A DNA stretch of 59,502 nucleotides, filler included, from Dugesia japonica (GCA_001938525.1; 5 parts of 5 records of this genome joined end to end with filler, not necessarily neighbours in it); one strand, 5' to 3'. Shown: positions 27,081 to 39,323, counted from the whole stretch's first letter. Numbers and translations: made by a program. Notes: a model not told the origin generated them from the sequence alone.

Positions 27081-27499
27081 TCTCTTTTAGCGTTATAGAT
27101 GAATTTTTTGTCATTATGTATTATTATTATTATTATAGATAATAAAATTATGAAATTTATGAATTTCGAAATATAAGATAAAATTAAATAAATATTAAAA
27201 TTAAAATACAATTTACAAAATATTTTCAAATAATGTTAAACAAAATTTGTAAAGTAGATTTTCATTTAATAAATAAACTAACATTGTGAATTATTAATTT
27301 TATGCTAGATAAGTTATAAATGAAAATTAAAAATAAATATTTATAATGAAATAAAATGTTTTTTGAAATAAAAATTATTAATGCTTGTAAAATTGAAATG
27401 TGATAATTCTCAAATTTTGTTTGAATATTATTGTTTCACTATTTATAATTATATTTTGCAAAGAAGTTACTTTCTTAGTTACAGAAAGAAACAATGTTA

Positions 27500-29010
27500 A
27501 AGAAAAGCAAGGAATGATTATATTATGTGAATAAGAGCTCATTGGAGACAATTGGAAAGATACGTGTAAAAGTTGTAATTTCAGATATGTGAAAGAACGT
27601 AATATTTATATTAGTTGAAAAATTAATATCAGATTTAATTGGTGGAGTGGAATTTTAAAATACTTTTGGGTATCATCTGCAAATAAAGTGCAGGGTAGAC
27701 ATCAATAATTATCAAGAAAAATTTGTATTCAACTCGAGCTAAGATTTGGAAGGCAATTACATACGAATGAACGATTGAGACATGCAATTGAGATTCTAGA
27801 AATGAACAAAGATCATAGATGGACTACGATTATTCAGAATAATGAGGATATATGTTTGGCGGATAAATGGGAAATTAGATGAACACATTTAACGAAGCAT
27901 CGAATAATCACTAAAAGAAATCAAATCAAAGTAAAATCGTATCGTCAACCAATGAATTTAGAAGAGAAGATTGAAGAAGCCATCAAGAATCTATATGATA
28001 AAGGTATCATCTGAAATGTAATTCTCAATGAAATATGCCATTAATTTGACAGTATTGACAGAAATTAAAATTGCTGGTTTAAGAGTTAATCTTGAAAAAT
28101 ATCAATTCCTAAGAAACAAGATCAAATTTTTGGGACACTTTATTAATAAAGGAGTCAAAACAGATCCAACTAAAATAGAATCAATTCAGAACTTTGGTTA
28201 ACCAAAGTGCGTTAAGAAAATGAGAATGTTTTTGAGAATTTGCAATTACTATCGCAAGTTTATTAAGAATTATTCGAAAAAAGCTAGATTGTTGGAGCAA
28301 CTGTGTAGTGGGCCAAGTAACAAGAAAATTGAATTGACGAATGAATTAGAAGAATTTTTAAATGGAATAAAATAAGCACTAATGATGTCTCTAATATTAT
28401 TCTTTCCAGATATTAATAGAACATTTAGTTTGGTCATGGATCCGAGTTTCGATAGGATTGGTTGCAATACTGTCTCAAAGGGACAACAATGGACAAAAAA
28501 GAGTAATTGCATATGGGTCACACTCAATCACGAGTCATGAAAAAGGATATTGTACTACGCGGAAAGAATTGCTCGCAATTTACTACTTTTGTATTCATTT
28601 CAAACATTACTTATATGAGAAAAGATTTATTCTCAGAACAGACCATAAAGCAATCACTTTTATGCTAAATACCAAGAAGCTGATACATCACAGTTCTAAA
28701 TTTGGATTAATTATTTGAACAGTTTAGATATAAAATTGGAATATAGAAAATGATCACTTTATATAAATCCGGATATGTTGTCAATGAATGAATGCGGTAC
28801 ATAGGCACAATGTCTAATGTCACATGAAGATCCCAAACTTGGAAAATTAAAAATAAGGATGTTAAATACAGTAAATAATAGGCAATTTTGGTGTGAATGA
28901 TGAGGGAACATGGATACCTGATGATAAAGTAGAAGAGATTATAATGATGATACACCATTTTTTGTGCCATGCTGGAGCAGAAAAAGTAACAGCATATATA
29001 AAGCATAAAT
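27500..29010 (+). pseudogene. Ty3/Gypsy pol fragment (protease end, RT with core deleted, RNase H, integrase Zn-finger start)
   Basis: SYRQPMNLEEKIEEAI; IKFLGH; ICNYYRKFIKNYS; AILSQ...VIAYGS...Y.TTRKELLAI...F.LRTDHKA; IHHFLCHAG; same family as 17665-18585. Confidence 0.92.
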
Positions 29011-29424
29011 TTAAAGCGAAAAGATATAGTTTTTATTTGATATAAATTTTATGGAGTTGAATTCTGATGTTAATTATCCGATGAGTTTCCCAAACTCTTC
29101 TAACAATAATTATTGAAAGATTCTCGATAAATAATTAAAAGTATGTAAACTAAGTAGAATAGAAGGGCAAGATTATTGGCATTCTAGTAGTTTGAAAGTA
29201 TCAGTATAATTTTCATTTACTTCTTATTTTGATTATTTTTAATTATGTATGTTTTCTACAAAATTTAACTTGTGAAATTTGAATTTAAGAGAATTTCATT
29301 ATAATTTTTTTGCTTCAATTATGACTTTTATGCTTATTGTAATTGATTCGTTTATGTTATTGATTTAATTTACTGAATTTTAATTAATGATGAATAAAAT
29401 TTAAGATGATTAATTTAATAACTG

Positions 29425-29725
29425 CAGTTACAAATGCGCAGCAAAACTTTGGTTGCGTGGATATTGCACTTCACAATAGCAAAAGATGGTTCGCCTGGAA
29501 GAAGGCAGGATTTTTTTCGTTTGGGGTTATCGTTATATATCTATTTTTATTCCCCGAAATGATTTTGTGCAAAATATTCTTCTTCTTAAACCTAGGTAGG
29601 AGGAATACTGCAGTTTTGTATCGCCTTTCCTCGTTCTCTGAAGTAAGATAATAAAGCACCCACCTGCAAGCATTTTGAATCTTTCCTAGCTTTTCAAGTT
29701 GAAGCGATATCGCCTGCTGAGTAAT
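29425..29725 (-). pseudogene. mariner transposase fragment (Mos1-like N-terminal/first D region)
   Basis: LGITQQAISLQLEKLGKIQNACRWVLYYL (WVPHEL), ILHKIISGNK (IVTGDEK), DNPKRKKS..PGEP...NIHATKVLL. Confidence 0.85.
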
Positions 29726-30633
29726 TCCGAGTTATATATATATAAAAAATGTTTTAAAAGAAGAAATTAAAAGATAATTAAAAGAAGAATCAAAAAAATG
29801 CTTTAATAAAAGAATTTAAACATCAATTAAAATAAGAATTTTAAAAAAAATTTAAAGAAGAATTTAAAGAAGAATTAAAAGAAGCTTTGAAATGGGATAT
29901 TTTTAAAAATGAATCAGGAGAAAATGAATGTGTAAAGAAATCAATTGAGTTTATTAATTTAAGAAATTCGCCAGAAATATTTTGAAAATGGATAAATACA
30001 AATTATTATGAGCAAAATGATGATAAATTAAAGGTAGAAACTTCAGTTTTGAGTAGTTATTTAGATAATTTAAATTTTACTAATATGGATCCATATAGTA
30101 TTAGTATATATAAATTAGTATTAAATAAACTAGATAANNNNNNNNNNNNNNNNNNNNNNNNNNNNNNNNNNNNNNNNNNNNNNNNNNNNNNNNNNNNNNN
30201 NNNNNNNNNNNNNNNNNNNNNNNNNNNNNNNNNNNNNNNNNNNNNNNNNNNNNNNNNNNNNNNNNNNNNNNNNNNNNNNNNNNNNNNNNNNNNNNNAAAC
30301 AATTGAAAAAGTTAATGTAGAGTTAACACAAGAAAATGCGCCAACACTAACAAAGAGTTATATGGAAAAAAAGAAGATAAAGAAGATTTAAAAGAAGAGC
30401 TAACGCAAGCCAAAGTTGACAAAAACCCACCTAAAACATTTTGGAAGTGTTTAACGACTGATACTTCTGAATATATGTCAAAAGAACAAATAGATGAAAT
30501 TTAATTTTACAATAACGTAAATTTTATAAATATGGGTATGCCAAATTTAGCTTTATTAAATATAAGTGTTAGTAAATTAGCTAATGATTAGATAAAAGAA
30601 AAAAATAAATCTTAATTTTTTTATTTAATAAAA

Positions 30634-31270
30634 ATGTCCACGTTAATCTGGAATAAAAATAAAAACATATTTAATAATAAAATCTTTCTGTCTTATTTTA
30701 GATTATTAATAATTGGTTCTTCTGGATCTGGTAAAAATGTTTTATTAATGAAAATGTTATTAACTTCCAAGTTTTTAGATTATGATACTTTAATAATTTA
30801 TTCTACAAATATAAATCAATTTAAATTACAATTACTTTATCATGGTTTTGAAAATGAATTAACAAAAGAAGATATTATTTTTATTTTCGAACATCAAAAT
30901 ATAATTCCTGATTCCTTAATATTTCCATTAGAAGTAATTCAATGGTACACAAAAATTTTTTCAGTAAAAGGAATTTTAGATGTGACTCTTTGGGATCAAC
31001 CAAAATATAATAAATGTAATTCTAAGTAATAAACCAAATGAAATTATTCCTTGTGATAAATTATCTAAGGATAAAAAGAATTTAATTGTTTTTGATGATA
31101 TTGTTAATGAAAAAATCAAGAAGTACAAAAAAGTTATTTTACTAGAGGTAGACATGTAAATGGTAATGAAATTTATATTTCGCAAACTTATTTTCATTTA
31201 GATAAAAACTCTTTTTGAAATAATTCCAACTGTTTTATATTTTTAAAATTAAATAAAACTGATAAAGATA
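30634..31270 (+). pseudogene. A32-like packaging ATPase
   Basis: Walker A FRLLIIGSSGSGK; after frameshifts Walker B KNLIVFDD and FTRGRH.N...IYISQTYF.L....NNSN..IF. Confidence 0.9.
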
Positions 31271-31768
31271 ATGTTTATTATGTTTTATTTAGTAATATAT
31301 TTTCAAGTAAAATGGAATATAAAATCTAAATCTGTAAAAATAAATGGTAAAAACTATTGGATTGGAAATAAAGTTAAAGAAAAAAGAAAAAAGAAAATGG
31401 CAACTAGTAAAGAACACGAAGGCGGATTTGCTTTTCTCGCCGTAATACCAGCTTTAATTGCTGGCTTGGCTTCAACAGAAGGAATTACAATTGGAATTGC
31501 ATAAACTGTTAGTAGTTCAAGAGATGCGATTAAAAACCAAAATGAAATAGAATTATTAGATATGGATATTGCTTCAAAGAAACAAGGAAGTGGACTTTAC
31601 TTAAAACCTTATAAAGGAAGTTCAATTCATAAATATTTTAAAAATAGTTTAGATAATTCAGAACCCAACGNGGCNCATATAAAGATGATTACTAAAAACT
31701 TTAAAAATGGAATACAAGTTAAAATAAAAGGTAATGGTTTATATTTAAAACCTTTTAAAATTGGATAG
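31271..31768 (+). pseudogene. Core/membrane-active virion protein with putative protease cleavage motifs
   Basis: EHEGGFAFLAVIPALIAGLA; repeated QGSGLYLKPY / KGNGLYLKPF. Confidence 0.7.
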
Positions 31769-32583
31769 TGTGGAAATGACAGCAAGAATAAAACTTTTGA
31801 AAGAATTTATTAAAGCTCAAGATGACTATGATAATTTATTTAGTGGAAATGTAATTGAGTCAAGAACTTTACAAGCTGATTTAACTACTTTACAACAACC
31901 CACAATTGAAGCAGTTAAAAGTTTAAATCCAAAAGGGTTCCAAACAAAAACTTAAAACCCGTTCGACAAAAGAATTCCATTCTTTATCAATACTTCTTTA
32001 AATAAAATTTTATCTGGATTAGTTATACCTATATTTGTAACTGAAGTTATTGATATTAAGAACTTTCAAAAGATAATTTATCCTAAAAACAAAGGCCCTC
32101 AAACAGAAATATATTTATTTGAATAAGAAGGAAAAAATACTTTGAAAATAATAAAAAAGTAATTCCTTATTCTGAAGAGTTAATGAATTTAATTTAAGGA
32201 AATGGAAGTAATGATCCTGAAGTCATTGATATTTATTTAAATAAATTTAATATTGCATTTAATCCTAAACATAAATATTACAAATTTTTAACTGGAGGAG
32301 AAGTTAAATAAAAAACCAAAATTGTCAATTAAAAGAAAAGGATTAAACTCAAATTTTGAAGCTCCTTTCAGTCGTGAACAAGAGAGAGCTCAAACTGAAG
32401 GTGATCCCAAAGGGTCACATCCCATAACTTTGTTTGAAAGATTAACATTAGTAATTTCAGCTGTAAAAGCCGGGCATAATAATTGAGAACAAGAAATTAA
32501 ATCTGTTTTGAAAATATTATTAAAACAGGAATTAATTACTCAAGAAAAATATAATGTTTATAAAAATAAATACTTTACCTAAA
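31761..32583 (+). pseudogene. Conserved Maverick protein of unknown function
   Basis: C-term LFERLTLVISAVKAGHNN*EQEIKSVLKILLKQELIT, similar to the LxERLxLLxxSxxAGN...EI..I..L motif of invertebrate Mavericks. Confidence 0.6.
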
Positions 32584-32587
32584 GAAA

Positions 32588-33264
32588 ATGTNNNNTCAAT
32601 TTTTAGTTGTTGGTAAAGAATCTGATCTTAAGGTTAATTTAAGATTTCCAATAGAACTAAATTCAGACTATGAAATGGGGTTATTATGTTTTAGTTGTTA
32701 TAATATTATTTTTAATGTTANNNNNNNNNNNNNNNNNNNNNNNNNNNNNNNNNNNNNNNNNNNNNNNNNNNNNNNNNNNNNNNNNNNNNNNNNNNNNNNN
32801 NNNNNNNNNNNNNNNNNNNNNNNNNNNNNNNNNNNNNNTCAACAACAAAATGTAATTTAGATATCAAAGAAAATACAATTAAATTTGATAAAGAATCTTT
32901 TTTTCATACAATATTAGGTTTTTTACCTTATCAGTATTCAGTTGGAAAATATTATTCAGAAAATAAAATTTATATTTTAAATATTAATATGATAAATATA
33001 ACTTGTAATTTAGTTAAAGGTAATTATATTAATACCAACGGTCAAGCCATACCAATAAATTTATTATATTCTTTTCCAGTAAATACTGTAGGTTTTNNNN
33101 NNNNNNNNNNNNNNNNNNNNNNNNNTCCAATTTATTCAAGATTAAATTCCAAACGTAATGATTCTTTAAAATTTAATATTATAGATGAAAATAATAATAC
33201 TATAGATTTTAATGGACAAACTATTTCCTTATTAGTTCATATAAGAAAATGTATACAATATTAG
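32588..33264 (+). pseudogene. Minor capsid (penton) protein
   Basis: FPIELNSDYEMGLLCFSCYNIIFNV ... INITCNLVKGNYIN...LYSF...PIY..L......IIDENNNTIDFNGQTISLLVHIRK; partly in N gaps. Confidence 0.88.
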
Positions 33265-33700
33265 ATTTATTAAAAATATTTGGAATAAATACTAAAACTA
33301 ATTTTGATTTGCATTCTATTGCTGATTTTTTAAATCTTGGTATAGAGGTTTTAATGAAAGATGAATTAAGCTTCACGTGTGACGCTTTCCCTAATGTTTT
33401 AAATAAAGATAAGTGTCGCACGCGCTCACGACTTGAAGGAGTTACGTTAATTATTAATTATCAAAATTCAAATCAAAAAGGAACTCATTGGGTTGCTTTT
33501 TCTCCCAACGTGACCCAAGGATATTATTTTGATTCTTATGGATTAAAACATTTTAAAGAAATTGAAAAATATGTAAATGTTTTTAATAAAATTCAAGTTC
33601 AACCTTTTGGAATTTTATGTTTATATTTTTTATATTCACTTTCATTTTAAACATTTGAAGAAATAATAAATGAATTATATGAAACCTTTAAAGAATTACT
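33249..33700 (+). pseudogene. Adenain-like cysteine protease
   Basis: IINYQNSNQKGTHWVAF...YYFDSYG...IQ...LCLYFL; catalytic His and Asp present; the CG nucleophile motif is not seen. Confidence 0.88.
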
Positions 33701-34254
33701 TTAAGAAAATTAATTTTTTTGGAGAAACTTTAAATGGTCAAAATAATACAGAAATATTAAAACATATTTCTGCAAAATTAAAATTAGAATCTAATCATAA
33801 TTAATCAAGGTTTGTTAATGAAAGTGGTGATTCAATTACCAACTTAAAAATTATTAATAAACCCAAATATGAATTAGATGCAGTTAATTTAAAATATTTT
33901 AATAAATTGGAAAAACAAGTTTCTATGATGGGATCTCAATTAAGAAAACATAATACTTAAATTCACTAACTTTTTGGTTTACGAGATAAACTTTTCATAA
34001 CTTATGAGCAACTTTTAGAAAAAAAAATAAAACTTGGATTAAAGATAAAGCTGATTTACTTATTAAAATAAATGAATTAAACAAGGAGATAAATGAATTA
34101 TATAAAAATAATACGAAAATTAATAAAAATATAAGAAATGTTGACAGACAAGCTGATTTTAAAATAAATAATATTAAAAAAGAAATCGAAAAACTAATAA
34201 AAGAAATTAATAATTTAACAAGTAATTGTTCACCTGAAAAATTTAATAAAATTA
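33679..34254 (+). pseudogene. Fibre-like/coiled-coil protein fragment
   Basis: INFFG...FVNESGDSITNL...PKYELDAVNLKY (ITNL..P...DAxxxxY repeat) followed by coiled-coil-like sequence. Confidence 0.45.
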
Positions 34255-34354
34255 NNNNNNNNNNNNNNNNNNNNNNNNNNNNNNNNNNNNNNNNNNNNTT
34301 AATTAATTAANNNNNNNNNNNNNNNNNNNNNNNNNNNNNNNNNNNNNNNNNNNN
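34255..34354. other. Artificial contig linker
   Basis: 44 N + TTAATTAATTAA + 44 N. Confidence 0.95.
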
Positions 34355-35349
34355 TATTATTATTAATTCCACCCATTACATTAGAATTACATGAATAAAA
34401 ATAAACTAACATGGACTGCAACTCGATCAAGAGCAAGCACATTGGGGTGAGTTCATTTGCTACTTCTTCTACCCATTTTTTAGATTCTTCTGAGTCAGAA
34501 ATCGTTGCAACCCAAATTTTATATGGTTAAATATTTACCGTGGATATTCTCGATTTTCGGTAATTTTCCAATAATAAAGATTGATTAATATTGCTTTTTT
34601 CTTCGAGGTTCAGTTATGTATGAATTTTCACTTAAGAATTATTTTGTTTTTTTTGGTGTCCGTTGTCTAAAATTTGAACAGTATTTATACTGTTTCTCTT
34701 TACACCCTCATTCCATTCATTGGTGGATATAAATTCTTGGCGTTTTTATTGGCCANNNNNNNNNNNNNNNNNNNNNNNNNNNNNNNNNNNNNNNNNNNNN
34801 NACATTATTGGTCAATCTTCAAACCCTTATAACTTCTTTCCCATCCTTGCCATGATTTTCTAACTTTAATTTTCGAATTCTCCGATTTTTTCTTGATCAG
34901 AACTTTCTAAATTAGTAATTTTGGCACCACTAGAAGTCCTACTTTTCTTAGTTTTTTATAGAAAATTTAATTTTCTATTTAAAGTATATCATTTTAATTC
35001 TTATGATTCATTTTATTTAAATAAAACAAATTATTTATTTTATTTTCGTTGTACATCCTAATTAAGTGCTCATTTCTTTGTTCTTTCTGATTTATTTTGT
35101 TTCATTGTTTTTCTTCTATTGATTAATTAATTNNNNNNNNNNNNNNNNNNNNNNNNNNNNNNNNNNNNNNNNNNNNNNNNNNNNNNNNNNNNNNNNNNNN
35201 NNNNNNNNNNNNNNNNNNNNNNNNNNNNNNNNNNNNNNNNNNNNNNNNNNNNNNNNCTGGTTTACCCATTTCCGAGCTGCTTCTTGTTGTAATTTCGGTT
35301 ATTTCATTGGCCTTGATTACCAATCCCAATTGTCCCTTCCTCATAATAC

Positions 35350-36864
35350 ACTCATAAAGCCTATAATACACGGTTACTATGTAATTAATGCAAGGTAACT
35401 ACACAAATAATAAACTCATAAACCCTATATTACTTGGTTGCTAGCTCAATAAAACATGGTAACTATGATTTGTTATCTTAATTATATAAATAAACCCTAT
35501 ACCCGATATCATGTAATTATATCTTAAAAAATATCAAGACTGCTCGATGTCTTGTAATAATATCTTAAAAGATATCAAGACTGCCCGATATCATGTAATA
35601 ATATCTTATAAAATATCTTATAAAATATCAAGACTGCTCATCTTATGCAAAATATAGAGAATCTGCATGCAAAATATCAAGATTGCCACATCTCTTACAT
35701 AAATAAATTAATTTAATTAAATTTAATTAAGTTTAATTATAATAAAAAATTTCCTCCATTGAAATGAAAAATTTCCAACGAAAATATTTTTTTTGAATTT
35801 CCCGCCAAAAATATTTTTTAGAATTTCCCGCCAAAATACTTTATTTTAAATTTCTTCCAAAAATAAATTTTAAATTTCCCGCCAAAAAGTTTTCAAAAAT
35901 ATCGAGACTCAACTCTTCCCCGTTCAAAAATATTAAAAAAAACAACATTTCCCCGTTCAAAATACCGAAAAAAACCAAAAATACATCAATTACTCAAAAA
36001 TACCATTACTTTCATTAAATTCATCAATTTAATCAAAATACAGCATTTTTAACCAAAATAAAGATTTCAAAAAATTATGACGNNNNNNNNNNNNNNNNNN
36101 NNNNNNNNNNNNNNNNNNNNNNNNNNNNNNNNNNNNNNNNNNNNNNNNNNNNNNNNNNNNNNNNNNNNNNNNNNNNNNNNNNNNNNNNNNTTTTTAACAC
36201 ACTTATACTACTTACAAAATAAACCAATCAAATTCAAGCTTTTAAAATAAAAAATCGAAGCACATTCGACAACCAACATCTTCTCCATCACATTACCTCT
36301 CCAACAAACTAATGACCAACAAATTCCATCCAGCACATACAAACCTACAGCCTCTATAAAAACTACCCACGATAACTCATACGACTGTGCCCGTGTGCCA
36401 CTACCCTTGTAGGACGAACCATCCATCCAAGCTCATAAGTCCTTTAGACAATATTTAGACCAAATTTTTGTCCAACCACAGCCAAATCTTCAAAACCACA
36501 AAAAAATTATCTCCAAGATCTACAGCTCCTTCTCCTCGTTTTTTCCACTCTTAAACACACAACCACACACACAAACTCAACTTGACCTACTTTTTAAAAA
36601 CCACCATAGCAACCAAAACACACACAAAATTTAAAAATACACACACACACTTTCAGGATAAAAAAACTGATTCGATCAAAAAAAAATTTGATCCGATCAA
36701 AAATTTTTTGATTCCAAAAGTCTTAGAAAGAAAAACGAGCACAAAAATCATGTCTATAAAACGTATCTCGAGCGTAATGTGTTTCCGAGTCCCCCCCGTG
36801 GGGGGGGTTATTTAAAAAATTGTGTCAGAAATAAATCGTGCCCGTGTGTCACTATCCACATACT
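35350..36864 (-). repeat. Maverick terminal inverted repeat (right end), TIR family 1, longest copy
   Basis: ATATCAAGACTG repeats, TTTCCCGCCAAAA x3, shared core block, CCCCCCGTGGGGGGG palindrome, ends GTCACTATCCACATACT. Confidence 0.8.
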
Positions 36865-37019
36865 CTAATTTGACATGTTAAAGTAAAAATTAAAGGGTTT
36901 TCATGCTTTTGAATGGTCCACTAGAAGGTTAATTTAACATTATATAAAGGTTTATCAACTCATTACAGATTGAATGATCATCAACTCATTTACTAGTTAA
37001 AGAAAACAATAAAGCTGTG

Positions 37020-37319
37020 TCACCTAGTTTAAACTTACCAAAGCGAAGCTGTGGTTACAATTTAGTCCAAAGATACTTTAGCAAATCTGCAGTCACCAGT
37101 CATAAATTGTACACCACCAATCAACAGTGGCCAGCAGTCAAAACAAGCTGTCAAAAAAGAATACATCATCAGTCAAAAATAGTACACCACCAGTCAAAAA
37201 TCATATACATACATACATAAATACATATGAAAAACAGTAAAAAATAGTACACCAAGCAGCCAGCCAAAAGTAGCTGACAGCGAGGGGGATATAGTGTTAT
37301 GCGCTACTACCTACATACT
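37020..37319 (-). repeat. Second Maverick-type right terminus with different subterminal repeats
   Basis: GTACACCACCAGTCAAAA-type repeats ending in GCGCTACTACCTACATACT. Confidence 0.55.
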
Positions 37320-38381
37320 CTCGCGGTCTAATTTATTGGATAAAGGATTGAGTCCGTTACAATTTGAGTGCAATATGAATGTCACTCCTGTGACATTCTA
37401 GCATTATTCGAGGAAATGAAATCATAATTATGGAAAATATAGGTATTCTTTTCAATAAAATCTATTATTATTTAAAATAATATAAATTTTCAGTATATTT
37501 CCATCAAATGATTATTTTTCTGCTTCTTTGCTTGCTTTTTGGTTCTCTTCAAGCTCATTGGTTCCCATGGTTTTTTCTATCTAGATAGTCAATATTCAGA
37601 TACATTGTTAAAAAATAAGAGTTCAACATAGAAAATACTTGATTTGTCATGAAAAACTAAACATATTAGTTTCAACAGATAAAGTTGATAAAGCCTTATC
37701 ATTGAAAATATAGGTTTTATTATGAAAATACGCGTTTCATCAAGGAAAGTACGGAATTTAACTAGAAAATAATGGTTTCAACATTAAAATGAGTTTATTA
37801 TTACATATAAGACCATTAAACCAGATACATTTAATAAAGCAATTGTTTTACGTATTCCTCATTACACCAGGATTTATTGATATTTTATCATTTAGAACAA
37901 TACAGAGACAAGCAAGTAATATATGATCAATTATTTGTTATATAAATTAGATTTCACTTTATTCTTTAGTATATTTCTATGCTTTACGTTAGAAAAAAGT
38001 ATAAGTAAGAACAAGAACAAGAAAGAAACAATAGTGGGAAAGAATAAAAAATTATTGGAAAAGTGCGAGAGGGCAACAAAGAGCGAGATAGTATTATCAA
38101 ATTTATGTGAAGTCATGAAAATTAATCTGAAAATCACAGGAACCTTTTAATCATCGTTGAAAATTTCAATAACCTTTTCTAAAACTAGTCGAATTTTTAC
38201 ATGAATATTTTAATTTTTGAAATTTCTATGTAAAAGAATATGAAAATAATTTTAAAATAAACATGAACTATTTATAGTCTTTTTAAAATTGTTGGGTTTT
38301 TAGGCTTTTGAATATCTGACTTTAATATCTGTAAGCTACCTATTTGATTACTTCCGTAACTAAATAAATCTGATATACTCC

Positions 38382-38481
38382 GTCTAGGGGCATACCTAAA
38401 AACCACAAGCATTTAGTCACCTCTGTGACATGCCCATCTTTTCCCGCGGGTTCAGCGCGACTTTGTGGTATCGCGTCTTAC
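38382..38481 (-). repeat. 100-bp GC-rich block, inverted copy of 44116-44216
   Basis: GTCTAGGGGCATACCTAAAAACCACAAGCATTT...TATCGCGTCTTAC. Confidence 0.9.
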
Positions 38482-39131
38482 GTTTCTTTTACAGGAATCC
38501 CAATTCCCACTCACTCATTGGCTTATTACTCGTTGTCATTCTAGATTTTAAACCGTTCAGAACAATGTCAAATATTCCTTTACACCATGCTCAGATCTCA
38601 CCCTCAATGCTGAATATTAACCAGTGCAATGGTGGATAATGAAATTGGAATTCATTTAGGTCACTATTTTCCAAAGTAAAATACAACTATTGTAATATAT
38701 AAATAATACCCTTCTACCACTTAAAATCTGCGGTTGACAAATCGAAAATTAACTCGTCTTATCAATAAAATAATAAATATTTCGAAGCATATTTAATTTT
38801 AGCAGAAATGATCCAATCATTCAGAATAATCTTTGAATGATCCTCTGCCATTTCTTTGCAAAATTTTTGACATCATTTCGGAAATAATTACCGTACGATA
38901 AATATATTTTATATTTCTCGAATTTGTTAATTTTCTTTGTGCTCAGTTATGGCATTTCCATGAACTGCCGAATAAACGACATAAACAAACTTAAACGAAA
39001 ATTGATCAACCCTGCCTCTGCAGATTATCGGGACTTACATATCACACTTTCACCCTTTTACTAGAGTTCAGCATACACAATAAAAAAATTTAAAATAAAT
39101 CACTAGTAATTTTCCCAACACATAAAAATTT

Positions 39132-39323
39132 TTATTTTTCAATTACACTCGAGGCCGTGCTAGCGTCGCTCAGCGCCAGCAAGCTCCTCATTATTTCCCT
39201 TTCTTCTCGTTCGTCTGGCGAATCCAACTCGCCTTCTTCACTCTCATCCCCACCGGGATCCATCTCCGGTGGTTGGACGTATAATACATAACGTGGTCGT
39301 TTTAAATTTCTTCTCTTATTCAT
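39132..39323 (-). CDS. Small basic/acidic orphan ORF, possibly an element accessory gene
   Basis: GC-richer than flanks; KRRNLKRPR followed by a D/E-rich tract. Confidence 0.3.
   Translation of the reverse strand: MNKRRNLKRPRYVLYVQPPEMDPGGDESEEGELDSPDEREEREIMRSLLALSDASTASSVIEK

Larger units (their letters stand above)
29740..34254 (+). mobile_element. Degenerate Maverick/adintovirus-like element B, morphogenetic module
   Basis: Co-oriented, tightly packed ATPase, core-like protein, conserved ORF, penton, cysteine protease, fibre-like gene. Confidence 0.88.

Noticed and set aside
11546-36864. One 25-kb Maverick bounded by the TIRs at 11546 and 36864
   Set aside because: Spans two artificial linkers, TIRs are diverged, flanking 6-mers differ (GTTTTA vs CTAATT), and a host exon lies between
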